Shown here one piece after another: positions 1 to 11,349 of a stretch of 64,000 nucleotides of DNA (positions are counted from its first letter, which is position 1; each line of letters opens with the position of its first letter). A program made the translations under genes and the position numbers. This stretch comes from a virus. Taxonomy: Duplodnaviria; Caudoviricetes. Location of the stretch: positions 167,460 to 231,459 of the IMG/VR virus record IMGVR_UViG_3300013121_000027. The stretch is one strand, 5' to 3'. The notes under the pieces were generated by a model. It was not told the DNA's origin and made no database searches. It was given only the letters and a program-made list of their open reading frames with translations.

Positions 1-3000
1 TTACAAATCTACCTTTTCTTGTTCCCCTAAAAAATGTTCGTATTTCGTCAAAACTTTCTATTCCGCGTAATTGAGCTATAGTTTTTGGTCGTTCAATCAA
101 TTCTCTTCGTGCTTCAGCAAGCATATCAATCATCGATCCGCCACCATCTAATCCCATATCTTCTAAGACGTTAAGGCTTATCTTGTTTTCTGCTGCTAAT
201 TTATCTATAGCTAAAATTTGTCTCTTTAATTTATGTGTTGGTATTAAGACGGTTTTATTCTTTTTGACAACCTTCTTAAAAAGCCCCATATCGTATAACT
301 TACGAACTGCTGCAGTATGAAGTTCATCTATACCACCGGCTAAAAATTCTTCTGCACTGTCAAACTGCTCCATACCATGAATGTTCCACCGTTTCGATAA
401 TTCTGCCTCAAATGATTTCATATCAGAAATAAATTTGGAAGCATTTACTTCCTCTTCAGTGGTAAATACTAACCCACTCAATGACTTAACACGCTCTTCA
501 AAAGCGGTTTCAATAACCGGTTTACCCATATCTGTAATATGCTCACCCAAAATAGCTTTACCTTTATAGAAGCCAGACATAGTACTTTCCTTGGTGACTT
601 CCGTAATAGATTTAATTTTCCTTTTGGCGCCAATTTGTTCATTATACGCTTGAATAAATCTTTGTTGAAACGGTTTTGACATTCTTGCCTGTGCCATAGC
701 GCTATCAAAGCCAATATTAAGTTGTTCTGCGCCTACTGGTAAACTCCTATTATATCTTTCGATTAAGGCTTGAGCTTTAGCAAATGCAGCGCCAAACTTT
801 CTTGGATTGTTGTGTAATATTTCCCTTTCCAAATCGTCAATAAGAAAAATATTACCTGTTTTTTTAATTTCGTCTACTGTGACTTCATACTCTACGAATT
901 GTTGTTTAGAGCTTTTTGCTATCTTAATAATTTGCGCTCTTAATTCTGGTGGAAGATTGCTATTATTTAATATATCATCCCAAGCATTGTCTAAAGCAAA
1001 CCTGGCATCAGTTAATTGTCCAAGAAGTCCATTAGCTCTGGCTTCTATTCCAAGTCTATCCTCTATAAGTTTATCTAATGTTTTGCCTCTGGTTAGTCGA
1101 TCTAATTCTGCTCTTTGTTCTCTGGATAAACTTGTAGCTTTAAATCTTGTATATAGGGCATCGTGCCACTCATCAGTTCCGGCAGAAATCTCAAAAGGAA
1201 AAGCTCCAGCATTGGCTCCAAGAGTCCTTTCCAGTTTTCTTTCTGAAACAATAGCGTTAGCAGCGGCGTTAGCTCGCTCCGTTGGAGTACCCCCACCAAA
1301 AGAACGACTTGTGTGGTACGAATGAGAAGCCGATGGCGTAGTATATCTATTCATAGATTCAACAGTTGTCCTCATACCTTTAGGACTTGTGTTTAGAGGC
1401 ATGGCGGGACTTCCATCAGCCAGAGGGGCAGCTGGAGAGAAAGTAGACGCTAAATCAATTTTAGCTATTCTCTTATTTCTCATCATTAAAAGGTGCAACT
1501 TGCTTCGGGTACTATCCAATTCAAAGGTTGCTGTTCTAATCTTTTGAGTCAATCTTTTATAAGTTTTTTCGTAATCTGGAAGCCTTGTATCTAATGCTTC
1601 TCGCTGTAAAAAAAGATTTTCTATTTCAGATGAAAGCTTTCGCTCTTCAACTGATAACTGTCTAACTTGATTATAATTTCCTCTTAAAATATCTTTTTTA
1701 CCAGATTTTGATATTTCAATATCGGGTTGATCAAAAATTCTTCTAAATGCTGAACTTTGATCTTCCGAAGTTAAATCAACATTATAATAACCAAACTCAC
1801 CCTTTTCGGTTGGATCTCTTATACCGAGAGCAAAAATGCGACGAGTTTTTTCATCATACTGCATGTGCCAAACGATACGATCGTCAAGGTCATGTCCACC
1901 GTGAAGCATACTGTGCGTTAAGAAAGATCCAGGATGTATGTGAGCAACGCCCTTCTCAAATCGAACCGTCCCAGGATCTACAAGATCTTTATTCGCCTCA
2001 GGAAAAACCGTTAAGTGAGTACCTACCGATCCCCTTATTGGGAAGTTCAGATTATAATTTGGAATTGACCTGCCACCTAATATTATTTGCTCATCATTTT
2101 TTACGGTTAAGAAATGATCTTGTACCGCATCTAATAATTGAGATGTTATTCGAGGGCTTTGATTTATATCTAAACCAGAATCCAAAGTTGTCTTTATCCT
2201 TTGGGCAAATGCTCTGGAACGCATTTTTTTTGCTATGACGGTTTCGTTATCCTCTGGTAAAATTTCCATTTCAGATAATTCATTAATGAGATTCCTTATT
2301 CCTGGAGTAATTTTTCCATTTTTGATATCGCTTATTAACTCATTGATAACGATTTTGGATTCGTTAACAAAGGAAAAATTATCCCCAAAAAGTCTACTGT
2401 GTGCGGATAAACTTAAAATGTTAGTTCTACCCTGTTTTGGTACTCCGTGACTTTCAAAAGATAAGAAGTAAGTTCCGCGTAATTCGCGTTTTTTATCTGC
2501 GCTGGAAACAAAAGCGTGTGTATTTGCAAATCTTTCCTTTGATAATCTAAAAATCTTCCTAAAAACTTCCTCATTCTCCTCCATAATAACACCGGCATCG
2601 CCTTTATAGTTAAAATCTTCGGACACCATTCGGATATTAACTCTTCCGGTAGAAAACATTGATTTTCTTTGTTTTGTAATTTCTTCTCTTATTGTTTTCG
2701 CTGTGGCAAGATGCTTTGCTCGTTCAGTCAATGGAAGTCTGGAGGCTTGTGCCTCTATCGAATTTGCTTCTTGTTCTAAATTAGAAAACATTTGTTCTAC
2801 AGTTCTTCTATTTAAAAGAACTTCACCATCGTACATTTTTTCAAATGCTGTCTTCCTACTTATTTTTTTTGTACCAGGTGCTGTACTCGCGATAAAAGAA
2901 TCAACCAATCTACCCGCGTCAGGGTTAAAAGCTTCAGCTACTCTTTTTGGATTAAAATGGTGCACGCTAATAGGCGTATCTGCCATAGAAAAAACCCGAT

Positions 3001-3595
3001 CAGATAAGAAAACGCTTAATCGCTTAGAGAGGCTATCGCTTTTCTCAAAAACGGTTGGGAAAGCATTATGATCAGATAGAACTTTCTGTACCTCCGCTAT
3101 TGTCAACCTTTTATTTCCAGAAGTAACATCTAAATGGACCAATTTTCCATTATTAAACCTTGGGACTCCATATATTTCTCCTGTAGGAGATTTTATTTCA
3201 CCTAAAACAGTTTCAGCAGTGTCTTTATTTAAATCCCAAGTTCTAACAGTTGGAGTATATCCTAATCTATCGAATAACATAGCCAATCTATTGGTGGCTG
3301 CTCCAACATATTCGTTTTCTAAAAGATTAGAAGAATACGTTCTTGTGCTTCTTAAAGGTCCTGATCGATAAAATACGTCGTGCCATTCTTCAAAGGACAT
3401 GGCTTTCTTACCAGTTGGACCAAAAGTAAATTTAATTTGATTACCATCTTGAACCAATTTGGTTTGCGGATAAAATTCTTCAAGAATTAAATCAACGGAG
3501 CGTTTAACATTTGAATCTGTAAAATATCTACGGATATTTGGGTGATAGATTAAATTCTTTAATCTTTCATCGTGTCTAAAATTAGGGATTGCCAT
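1..3595 (-). CDS. Single-chain RNA polymerase-like protein (RdRP/YonO-type double-psi beta-barrel), candidate virion RNAP; 3'-partial, >1198 aa
   Basis: Not in the ORF track. Hand translation from ATG 3595 (MAIPNFRHDERL...) is open to ~660 and presumably to the window edge. Motifs in order: SKRLSVF, MYDGEVLL, NIRMVSEDFNYKGDA, LHGGHDLDD (1880-1906), IRDPTEKGE, LLGQLTD, VTVDEIKKTG. These are collinear with the 60126-62816 protein. Confidence 0.8.
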   Translation of the reverse strand, partial: MAIPNFRHDERLKNLIYHPNIRRYFTDSNVKRSVDLILEEFYPQTKLVQDGNQIKFTFGPTGKKAMSFEEWHDVFYRSGPLRSTRTYSSNLLENEYVGAATNRLAMLFDRLGYTPTVRTWDLNKDTAETVLGEIKSPTGEIYGVPRFNNGKLVHLDVTSGNKRLTIAEVQKVLSDHNAFPTVFEKSDSLSKRLSVFLSDRVFSMADTPISVHHFNPKRVAEAFNPDAGRLVDSFIASTAPGTKKISRKTAFEKMYDGEVLLNRRTVEQMFSNLEQEANSIEAQASRLPLTERAKHLATAKTIREEITKQRKSMFSTGRVNIRMVSEDFNYKGDAGVIMEENEEVFRKIFRLSKERFANTHAFVSSADKKRELRGTYFLSFESHGVPKQGRTNILSLSAHSRLFGDNFSFVNESKIVINELISDIKNGKITPGIRNLINELSEMEILPEDNETVIAKKMRSRAFAQRIKTTLDSGLDINQSPRITSQLLDAVQDHFLTVKNDEQIILGGRSIPNYNLNFPIRGSVGTHLTVFPEANKDLVDPGTVRFEKGVAHIHPGSFLTHSMLHGGHDLDDRIVWHMQYDEKTRRIFALGIRDPTEKGEFGYYNVDLTSEDQSSAFRRIFDQPDIEISKSGKKDILRGNYNQVRQLSVEERKLSSEIENLFLQREALDTRLPDYEKTYKRLTQKIRTATFELDSTRSKLHLLMMRNKRIAKIDLASTFSPAAPLADGSPAMPLNTSPKGMRTTVESMNRYTTPSASHSYHTSRSFGGGTPTERANAAANAIVSERKLERTLGANAGAFPFEISAGTDEWHDALYTRFKATSLSREQRAELDRLTRGKTLDKLIEDRLGIEARANGLLGQLTDARFALDNAWDDILNNSNLPPELRAQIIKIAKSSKQQFVEYEVTVDEIKKTGNIFLIDDLEREILHNNPRKFGAAFAKAQALIERYNRSLPVGAEQLNIGFDSAMAQARMSKPFQQRFIQAYNEQIGAKRKIKSITEVTKESTMSGFYKGKAILGEHITDMGKPVIETAFEERVKSLSGLVFTTEEEVNASKFISDMKSFEAELSKRWNIHGMEQFDSAEEFLAGGIDELHTAAVRKLYDMGLFKKVVKKNKTVLIPTHKLKRQILAIDKLAAENKISLNVLEDMGLDGGGSMIDMLAEARRELIERPKTIAQLRGIESFDEIRTFFRGTRKGRFV

Positions 3596-6500
3596 TTAAA
3601 AACTCCCAGCATTCAACTGCAATATATTGCCAGAAAATGGAGTAGGTGACACAGAAACAGAACCACTTATACCATTATCAAATAAGAATCTTTTTATTTG
3701 AGCCCTTGTACTAAATCCGCCGCTTCTCTTATTGTAGTCTGGGTAAGCGGGATTTAATAAATTAGCTTCTTGTACTTGTTGCGGATAATAACCCATTTGC
3801 GCAAGATCCAATCCTAAACTCTGAGCCATTTTTATCTTTAGAGTATCAGTGCTTATTCCACTTGTCCATATATCAGAATCAGGTGGCGGAAGTTCGTGTT
3901 CGTTAAAATACTCTCTAAGATCTGGCTTTTCTTCTACTGGCATACCCCAAGCCGCCTCAAGCATTCTTCTTTCTAATCTTGGTGCAGTTGAAAGGATCTG
4001 CTGCTTTTCTTCTTCAGGGGCATACAGCATGGCTCTAAAATGTTCTCTTTTTCTCTTTGGAACAGCCATAGCTAATTTCTCTGGAGTAACTTTATCAAAA
4101 TCCATTCCATACATAGTAGTATTAGCCTGATTCTGGAAAAGTTGTGCAGATTGCAAATCGCCAAGTCTTTGAGCTTGAGAGGCTAATCTTGATGATCTTA
4201 CATACTCAAATATATCTGCATATTCTTCAATGCTTGCTTGTTGTTTTCTATACATTGGAATATATCTATCGCCAGTAATACCTTCGTAGGCATTGCCGAG
4301 AGCTGAGGAAGCCAATCCCATAGTACCACCAATAACGCTACCAATAGCGGCTGAACGAGAGCTTGCACCGAACAAAGCACCGAGAACACCGCCAGCTGAG
4401 GCGGCGGCGAGCGGATTTCTTTGTGATGCTTTGTGCATTGCTGGTTTAATGAAGCTTTGGATTGGATTTTCCCAAGATGGGAAAGTCGCACCGTAAACAT
4501 TATTCCTTTCCCAATCTTCCACTGCTGTTCTTGGCGTACCAAGTTTAGTGTTAAGATAGGTATCTCTGTGAGTTAGCCATTCCCAAGTCCTACCTATAGT
4601 AAAAGATGCTGGGTGTTTAAGCATTTGATCTGGAGAACTATACTTATATTCATATGGCGTAAACTCATTTTTAGTTCTCATAGCTTCAACTTGAGCTCTT
4701 GTTAATGAGACTTGAGCGCTTTCTGCAGTGGAAAGATTACCTCTTTTAATCAAAGTATCTATATATTTATATTCTTGCGACCAAGGAGCAATATCTCCTA
4801 GGATGTCATGAACATTTACTAATCCCAATTTGCCTGTTGCGTCAGGAAACATTTGATGAGTTCGAGCATAACCAATACCAGGCAATCTCATTTCCGCATC
4901 AGGAACGGCATTATATGGATCACCGCTCTTAATGTTAGCTAATGGGTAATCTACACCGGGTAGCCATGGGTATCTCTTTCCCATTGCGTTAGGTATATTA
5001 TTGATATAGTTCATACCTGCAGGTTCTTTTGGTACGAATCTACGAATGATTTCTGAGATTTCAAAGTTAGAATACTTACCCTCGATTGGTAGAGGTAGAT
5101 CTCCCAAGCCTCCAATCTGCATATTCCAAAAACTTCTATTAGATGAATACCCTCGTGATGCTGGTTCAAGAACAGATTTTTGCGGAGTTAAATCCTTATT
5201 TCCAATACCGAATCCTTCCCTAACAGATGCGGCAGCGAAACCATAAATACCAAAGAGTTCTTGAGATTGGAATCCAAGACGTCTTGCCGACATATTTATG
5301 GTTCCATAATCGAGGGTGCCACCAGCGGAAACCACTCTTGGGTTCATCTGTCCACGCTTTGTCGGTGTTGCATAAGCTAAATTAGAATACGATGTATTCA
5401 TACCAGAGGCGGTTTGTCTAACCAAAGAGGATGCGGTTCCTCGTGGATTCGCATAACCCATTCCGCCATAAAATGGCGCTATAGAAGATGTCGCGCCGGT
5501 ATATCCTGCATTTATATTAGAGAGTGATCTACCGGCGACATATCCACTATAAGAAGATTGTCCACCACCATAAGATTCCTGTCCTTGTCCTATACCTCCG
5601 CTATATGGGAAATAGGCACCTGATTCTCCAACTGGCTGATATTCACTCAGGATTTGCGACATTTCTCCGCCATGCATTCTACGACGCGGCTTTAATACTC
5701 TTCCTATAGTCGCATTAAGGGCTCCAGTTAATGGTCCCCATGGACCAGTAAAATAATCACCAGTTAATGGATAAGGACGCGAGTTATAATCTTCTCTTTC
5801 TCTTCTATATGGATCTAATGGTTTTAATGGCGAAAAATCATATCCGAAAAGAAGCCTCTCCATAGGAGTTTCTTTCATCTCCGGTGTAAATGATGCGCCA
5901 GATTTTAAACGCTTATACCATGACGGGCGGAAGTATTGTATTCTTCCACCGCGAAATGGCGTATTGCCAAGGATCCAGAATCGCCCTTTTCTGATTGGGA
6001 CTTCGCCATTTACTAATTCATTTCTCTTTTGTTCTGCGGTTTGCCCACCAGGTATTATTCCAGCCCAAGCCGTCTGCCCAGCGGCTACAACATCTCCAGC
6101 CTTACCAAGAAAATAGGGAGAGTAAACTCTATTACCATATTTATCTTTTTCGTTAACTGCACCGCCGATAGTCCTATCGACAGCTAATGCAGTTACGCCA
6201 GCTGCATAGATTGGTAAAACCCTCTTACCAACAAAACCTCTGGCAAAAAGATCTACTGGACTCTTATATCTTGTTTCGTCAACTCCTAATCCAAAGTTTT
6301 CAAAATATCTATTAAGACGACCAATCAAGTGGGTCATCGGAACTTGTGATCCCGACATCGCTTGTGGATCTCTCCAACTTAATCCAGCCGCACCCTTAAG
6401 AGCTCTAAGGGGATTTCTGTCAAAAGCCGTTCTAAACGTCGGCATAAAAACAGTCGAGGTGCCAGTTGGGTTATTTCTAAACGGCTTTTCATACGGTACT

Positions 6501-9500
6501 TGCTGCGATAGATTGCTAAACCCTCTTCTAATAAACCCTTTTGGATGAGCTACACGACCAGAACCTACATCCGCAAGGGCTTCTTGTACGTGTGCGCCAC
6601 GCCCAAGGACTTCTTCTAAGATTGCCTTATTGTGTTCTACTGGCATCATGCCAGGTTTAAAAGTTATATTTCGAGCATGTTCAAATTCAAAACTTAAAAC
6701 AGCCGCGCGTGCTTCAATTCTCTCAGCGTGTGTAATAGCGCCTTTCATATACATTGTTTCGAATTCGGTCAACAAATCCTGAATGGTAGTATCAAAACCC
6801 TGTCCCATTCCAGGAAGAGTTTTTCTCATAATGATATAATCAAAAAGTCCAGATTTTAACTCGTCTACTCTTCTATTCAACCCTGGGGATTTACTTCCTT
6901 GTGGAATTGCTAAATCCCAAACGTTTTCTTGTTTTTCTTCTTGTCTTAGAATATTTCTAACGTGCTGCTGAAGTCTACTAACTTCACGACGACTAATATT
7001 ACCTTGAGCTGGAAGAGTCCCAAGGTCTTCGTCTAAAACTCGTCTGGCTACACGTGACAATATATTTCCATCAATATCAAGAATATTTGTTTTTGTCCCA
7101 CCTATATTTATTTCAAACAAATCTTTAAATTTTGAGGATTGACTTAATCCCCTAAGGGCTTTCATTGGTGGGATTTTGCTTCTTAATGAAGAAAAAAGTG
7201 TATTGAGTCCTTCAGAAAGCTCTGGCGTTATACTACTTGGGTCAAATCCCGGATGATTTATCCATCCAGCAGCCGCTCGTGGATTTTTAAGAGCACCTTC
7301 TTCACCCCTAATTCTACGCTTCCATCTTCCTAAAAGGCTTTCTCTTCCAAAAAATACATTATTCTCTTGATCGGTGCTAACATCAAAGGATCTCTTCAAT
7401 CCAGTTTGATATTGAGATGATGGAACGTCCTTCTGTCCAAGAATATTACCTAATGAACGTCCCAACATCGTATCTGTATTGGTTGTAAATGGTCTAAATA
7501 ATCCACGATATTGTTGAACTCTAACTTCTCCACTGATGTTAGAGAATATTCCAGCAACACGACCCTTTGATGCTCTTGCTGAAGATTTCAAATATAAATA
7601 AAAATTAGGATCTACAAATTCTGCGCCAGCCGCTTTCGCCTCAAGCTTTCCAATCATAGCTATTGGCTGAGTTGATCTACCTGGCGCAACAATAACAGAT
7701 GGACTATGCCTCATAGCCCTGAATGATTGATATCCACCAGCTTGAAATGGCTTTAGTTTAATAAGGGGAAGTTGAAATTCTTCTTGGAATTTATCAAATC
7801 CAGAAAGAAGATTACGACCAACTCGACCAAAGTCTAAAATTCTTCCAGATTTACTTACAACCACCTTGTTAATTCTGAGGTCAGATCTACCCATGGCAGC
7901 TGCATCCGATGGCGATTGTCCTGGCGCTCTCCTGCTAATAAAGTCTGATATCTGATCTTGTACTGCCTTTTTATTGCCACCAAAATAACCGCCAACCAAA
8001 GCCTCTTCAACGCTAAATGGTCTAAATCCAAATATATTCGCACCACGTGTTGTCCATGGGGCGGCTATTTCTTTTTTATCTATTAAGAAGCCACGTAGTT
8101 TTTTAAGATTATTTGGATCAAATCCCTTACCTAATAGATGTCCCTCTAAGATAGAAGTTGGTACTAAGTTGCCGGAAGAGTCGACTGTTGAAATTCCAAG
8201 TCTTTGTGCTGAACGTCTTATTAAGAAGTTTCTACGAGCTCCAAGTTGAGAATCGTCAAAGAGTTCATGAGCTTTTTTGATTGGCGATAAAGCTTTTACC
8301 GCTTCGGGAGCTATTAAAGAATCGTGAGCGACATTCCAAGCTCCAGTTATTTCGGCATGAAGACCTCTTTGGACCTGTCTACTGGCAAATATATTATCTG
8401 CCCTACTAACGCCCTCTTTAAAGGAATCGAATCCAGTCTTACCAGATTTTAAAGAAATTCCATGTGCACCTGCAGACTCGACTACATGATCCCACCAAGC
8501 AGTAAGTTTTTCTTCTTCAGTTTTAAAAGCAAGATTACCTTGCCATTCTTTAGAGGTAAATTTAAATCTCCCAATAAAATCACTTCCTTCACCAGCCGTG
8601 CGTGAAAGAGGTAATGGAGAAATATTTTGTGACTCTTTTACAAATTTTAGAGCAGCTTCCTTAGATAAACCAGATGTCTTTTCTAACTCTTCTATTAAGA
8701 CATCTTTGTAATAGTCTGTTTGTCTGCCAGTATAAAATGCGCTTTTGGTCCAATCTGGATTCTTTGATCCATTGGGTAGTAATGGACCACCACCACCCAA
8801 CGTAACGGTATCTCTTGCATATTTTTCAAGGTGCGTTCCGCTACCTTTATCCATAAAGTTTAAAAGGTCTAAGTACTTTTTGGGATGATCCTTAGCTATC
8901 TGCTGTAGTGTTGTAGCTCCATGTAATACATCTTGATATAGGTCATAAGTTTTTCCTATATCTGTAAAAGATTTTCTTCCTTTTGAGATTGCTGAACCCA
9001 TTCCTTTAAACGGTCCAGGAAGTAGGTCAATAGCTTGATTCCTATTACTTTTATTTGAAATAATATCTTTTGCCTGTAAGAAAAGCCTTCTTGCATATCC
9101 AGAATTAGCATATTGTGGAGTGTTCGTTAGAACGGCATTCGCTCTTCTTTTTGCGAATGATTTTAAGGTCAAATTATTCTCAGCGGCATCATCTATCATA
9201 GATGAAAAGGCGCCAAGAGATTGATGAGAAAACCTAATGGTTTTATTCATCATTTCGCCAAAGTCAACGCCCATTTGTCCAAGAATAGTTCTTGTTGCTA
9301 TAAAGTTTAAATTCTTTTGAGTTCCAGGGCGGGACATAGCTTGCATCGCGTAATTACGATAACTATTTTGAATAGTCCCAGCACCAAGTTCAAATGGTAA
9401 AACGTTAAACGTTAGAGTCTTGAGTGTTTGATATGAAAAATCGCCCAAAACATCAAATGGATTAGCCCAATTAACTTTATTTCTTGGATTTTCATTTTGT

Positions 9501-10072
9501 CCGAGTAACGGATCAAGAACAGCTTTCTGAGATACGTAAAGTGCTGGAGCCTCATATGGTAATCTTCTGGCTTGCGATACGAGTTTCCTTTGAAGAGTGT
9601 CTTTATATGTCCAAGACTGTCCTTGACTTGTAGCTATATTATAGCTATCTATAATATTAGTTTCGTCACGCTTTATAGACGTCACGATTCCATTTTGGTC
9701 TAAGATTTTTCTGCCTATAATAAGTTCATCATTAGGATCTGCTAACGTCCTGTTAACGCCCTCTAACGAATCAAGAATATCCTGAATTTTTCTATAGGAC
9801 GTAAGAGCTTTTTTGCTACTGTCCGCAAGTTCACCGGTACCATGCGCCATTTCCTGAAGACGCATACCAAGTCTGAAGCCACCCTCCTTAACTACCTTAC
9901 CTGCTGTCGCCATAGCGACGATAGAAGCCCCCGCAACGGCAAAAAAGCGCATCACGGGATGACCGTTCAGCGCTTTCTCTATAAGATTAGAATTACCATT
10001 ACCCGGTTCCTCAACTTGCTGTTGAGGCATTCCAAACCCGAGGTTATACCGGGGACCTTTATCGCGGATCAT
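3596..10072 (-). CDS. Giant virion protein, tape-measure-like (2158 aa)
   Basis: Very long Gly/Ala/basic ORF directly downstream of the tube genes and two chaperone-like genes, with hydrophobic Gly-rich segments. Confidence 0.6.
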   Translation of the reverse strand: MIRDKGPRYNLGFGMPQQQVEEPGNGNSNLIEKALNGHPVMRFFAVAGASIVAMATAGKVVKEGGFRLGMRLQEMAHGTGELADSSKKALTSYRKIQDILDSLEGVNRTLADPNDELIIGRKILDQNGIVTSIKRDETNIIDSYNIATSQGQSWTYKDTLQRKLVSQARRLPYEAPALYVSQKAVLDPLLGQNENPRNKVNWANPFDVLGDFSYQTLKTLTFNVLPFELGAGTIQNSYRNYAMQAMSRPGTQKNLNFIATRTILGQMGVDFGEMMNKTIRFSHQSLGAFSSMIDDAAENNLTLKSFAKRRANAVLTNTPQYANSGYARRLFLQAKDIISNKSNRNQAIDLLPGPFKGMGSAISKGRKSFTDIGKTYDLYQDVLHGATTLQQIAKDHPKKYLDLLNFMDKGSGTHLEKYARDTVTLGGGGPLLPNGSKNPDWTKSAFYTGRQTDYYKDVLIEELEKTSGLSKEAALKFVKESQNISPLPLSRTAGEGSDFIGRFKFTSKEWQGNLAFKTEEEKLTAWWDHVVESAGAHGISLKSGKTGFDSFKEGVSRADNIFASRQVQRGLHAEITGAWNVAHDSLIAPEAVKALSPIKKAHELFDDSQLGARRNFLIRRSAQRLGISTVDSSGNLVPTSILEGHLLGKGFDPNNLKKLRGFLIDKKEIAAPWTTRGANIFGFRPFSVEEALVGGYFGGNKKAVQDQISDFISRRAPGQSPSDAAAMGRSDLRINKVVVSKSGRILDFGRVGRNLLSGFDKFQEEFQLPLIKLKPFQAGGYQSFRAMRHSPSVIVAPGRSTQPIAMIGKLEAKAAGAEFVDPNFYLYLKSSARASKGRVAGIFSNISGEVRVQQYRGLFRPFTTNTDTMLGRSLGNILGQKDVPSSQYQTGLKRSFDVSTDQENNVFFGRESLLGRWKRRIRGEEGALKNPRAAAGWINHPGFDPSSITPELSEGLNTLFSSLRSKIPPMKALRGLSQSSKFKDLFEINIGGTKTNILDIDGNILSRVARRVLDEDLGTLPAQGNISRREVSRLQQHVRNILRQEEKQENVWDLAIPQGSKSPGLNRRVDELKSGLFDYIIMRKTLPGMGQGFDTTIQDLLTEFETMYMKGAITHAERIEARAAVLSFEFEHARNITFKPGMMPVEHNKAILEEVLGRGAHVQEALADVGSGRVAHPKGFIRRGFSNLSQQVPYEKPFRNNPTGTSTVFMPTFRTAFDRNPLRALKGAAGLSWRDPQAMSGSQVPMTHLIGRLNRYFENFGLGVDETRYKSPVDLFARGFVGKRVLPIYAAGVTALAVDRTIGGAVNEKDKYGNRVYSPYFLGKAGDVVAAGQTAWAGIIPGGQTAEQKRNELVNGEVPIRKGRFWILGNTPFRGGRIQYFRPSWYKRLKSGASFTPEMKETPMERLLFGYDFSPLKPLDPYRREREDYNSRPYPLTGDYFTGPWGPLTGALNATIGRVLKPRRRMHGGEMSQILSEYQPVGESGAYFPYSGGIGQGQESYGGGQSSYSGYVAGRSLSNINAGYTGATSSIAPFYGGMGYANPRGTASSLVRQTASGMNTSYSNLAYATPTKRGQMNPRVVSAGGTLDYGTINMSARRLGFQSQELFGIYGFAAASVREGFGIGNKDLTPQKSVLEPASRGYSSNRSFWNMQIGGLGDLPLPIEGKYSNFEISEIIRRFVPKEPAGMNYINNIPNAMGKRYPWLPGVDYPLANIKSGDPYNAVPDAEMRLPGIGYARTHQMFPDATGKLGLVNVHDILGDIAPWSQEYKYIDTLIKRGNLSTAESAQVSLTRAQVEAMRTKNEFTPYEYKYSSPDQMLKHPASFTIGRTWEWLTHRDTYLNTKLGTPRTAVEDWERNNVYGATFPSWENPIQSFIKPAMHKASQRNPLAAASAGGVLGALFGASSRSAAIGSVIGGTMGLASSALGNAYEGITGDRYIPMYRKQQASIEEYADIFEYVRSSRLASQAQRLGDLQSAQLFQNQANTTMYGMDFDKVTPEKLAMAVPKRKREHFRAMLYAPEEEKQQILSTAPRLERRMLEAAWGMPVEEKPDLREYFNEHELPPPDSDIWTSGISTDTLKIKMAQSLGLDLAQMGYYPQQVQEANLLNPAYPDYNKRSGGFSTRAQIKRFLFDNGISGSVSVSPTPFSGNILQLNAGSF

Positions 10073-10076
10073 TTAT

Positions 10077-10799
10077 TTACCCACCCAACATTTGATGCAG
10101 TTTTCTTGCTATCGGATCATCACTCCTTACTTGTCCTGATGCTTTGACGAGAATATCATCAGCAAGAGTGTCAAGTGCAGCAACAGGACTCGCTGGCGTC
10201 ATTTGTCTTTCTTCTTTAGATATACGTCTAAGGAGTTCTTCTCTATCTACTCTTTGTTTTGACTCACGTTTTGTTTGATTTTCTTGCGGATTATCAACTG
10301 GGACCAAATCTAATTTAATACCATTTTCTGATTTTACCCCACGAACCGCTTGTTGTATTGTCAGTATCTCTTCTGATAGTACCAATTTTTCCAGTAATTG
10401 TTTCATATTAAGCGAATTCAAAAACTCTTCCGAATATACTGGCATTGCAGCTATTATAAAAGCTTTTATCCTTACAAGGATATTCTCAAGTACTTCAGTC
10501 CTTGCAGCTTCCAGCGTTGAAAGGATAAAATCTATATCGGATCCAGATATATTAGCTATTGCTTGAGCTAATTGAGAAACATGTCCGGCTTTGATGGTAT
10601 CAATATCAAAATTTAGAGGATAAACTACAGCAGTCTTAACGAATAGATCCTCAAGATCTGTTTCGTTTTCTGATAACTTTTCGAGAAAAGCCATCTCTTC
10701 AAATGTTAAAGCCCTATAAAGAATTTCTTTACCACCAAAAATAATAGAATGAATATCCCCATATTCATTTTGAAGTTTGGCGTAAATCTCTTTATCCAT
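10077..10799 (-). CDS. Tail assembly chaperone-like protein
   Basis: Lies between the tube genes and the tape-measure-like gene. Shares YGD..., R.L...E and AG..S.L.Q.I...SG with 10799-11287. Confidence 0.55.
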   Translation of the reverse strand: MDKEIYAKLQNEYGDIHSIIFGGKEILYRALTFEEMAFLEKLSENETDLEDLFVKTAVVYPLNFDIDTIKAGHVSQLAQAIANISGSDIDFILSTLEAARTEVLENILVRIKAFIIAAMPVYSEEFLNSLNMKQLLEKLVLSEEILTIQQAVRGVKSENGIKLDLVPVDNPQENQTKRESKQRVDREELLRRISKEERQMTPASPVAALDTLADDILVKASGQVRSDDPIARKLHQMLGG

Positions 10800-11287
10800 T
10801 AGAGTTGGACGACATCCACACTTGTAAAGCCAGAAGCTGCCATAATCTGTTGAGATAGGATTGATGGCAGTCCGGCTAAATTACCAGCAAAGTCTTTATT
10901 CGTAAAGGACGGGAATAAGGCACAGATTTGCGTAACAAGCTCCTCATTGACCATCTCAGCCTCTGACTGGGTGACATTGCCACTTGCTACCAGTTGTTCA
11001 ATTTGTTTCACTACAGCCTTAAATTCGGACCTATTAAGAGTTCTCCAAGCCACATGATAATCGGTAGTTACGGAAGTGACATATACGTCACCGTATTTAT
11101 CTTTCCATTCTTTAGCCTGACCAGCAGTGGGACCATCAGCCCATAGTTTTTCGTCTGGATTCAATTCTTCGACAGCCAACGTCGTAAGATCTTCTTCATC
11201 TACTTCTTCAGTAGATTTAACCTCTTCTTCACTCATATCTAAAGCCTCTTCTTCTATTTGTGTTTGGGGACGGGTAATTTTAGGCAT
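10799..11287 (-). CDS. Tail assembly chaperone-like protein
   Basis: EWKDKYGDVY...WRTLNRSEF...AGLPSILSQQIMAASG; gene position; paralog of the downstream gene. Confidence 0.55.
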   Translation of the reverse strand: MPKITRPQTQIEEEALDMSEEEVKSTEEVDEEDLTTLAVEELNPDEKLWADGPTAGQAKEWKDKYGDVYVTSVTTDYHVAWRTLNRSEFKAVVKQIEQLVASGNVTQSEAEMVNEELVTQICALFPSFTNKDFAGNLAGLPSILSQQIMAASGFTSVDVVQL

Positions 11288-11349
11288 GATAAATCCTTCT
11301 AATCGATAAACCTAATCTTAGTATAGATGAAAAATTTTACAATGTAAAG

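Noticed and set aside
3593-3598. In-frame TAA-ATG between the tape-measure-like gene and the RNAP gene, suggesting read-through fusion
   Set aside because: The same TAA-ATG junction occurs at 49930-49935, so it is likely ordinary tight packing. No recoding signal is seen.
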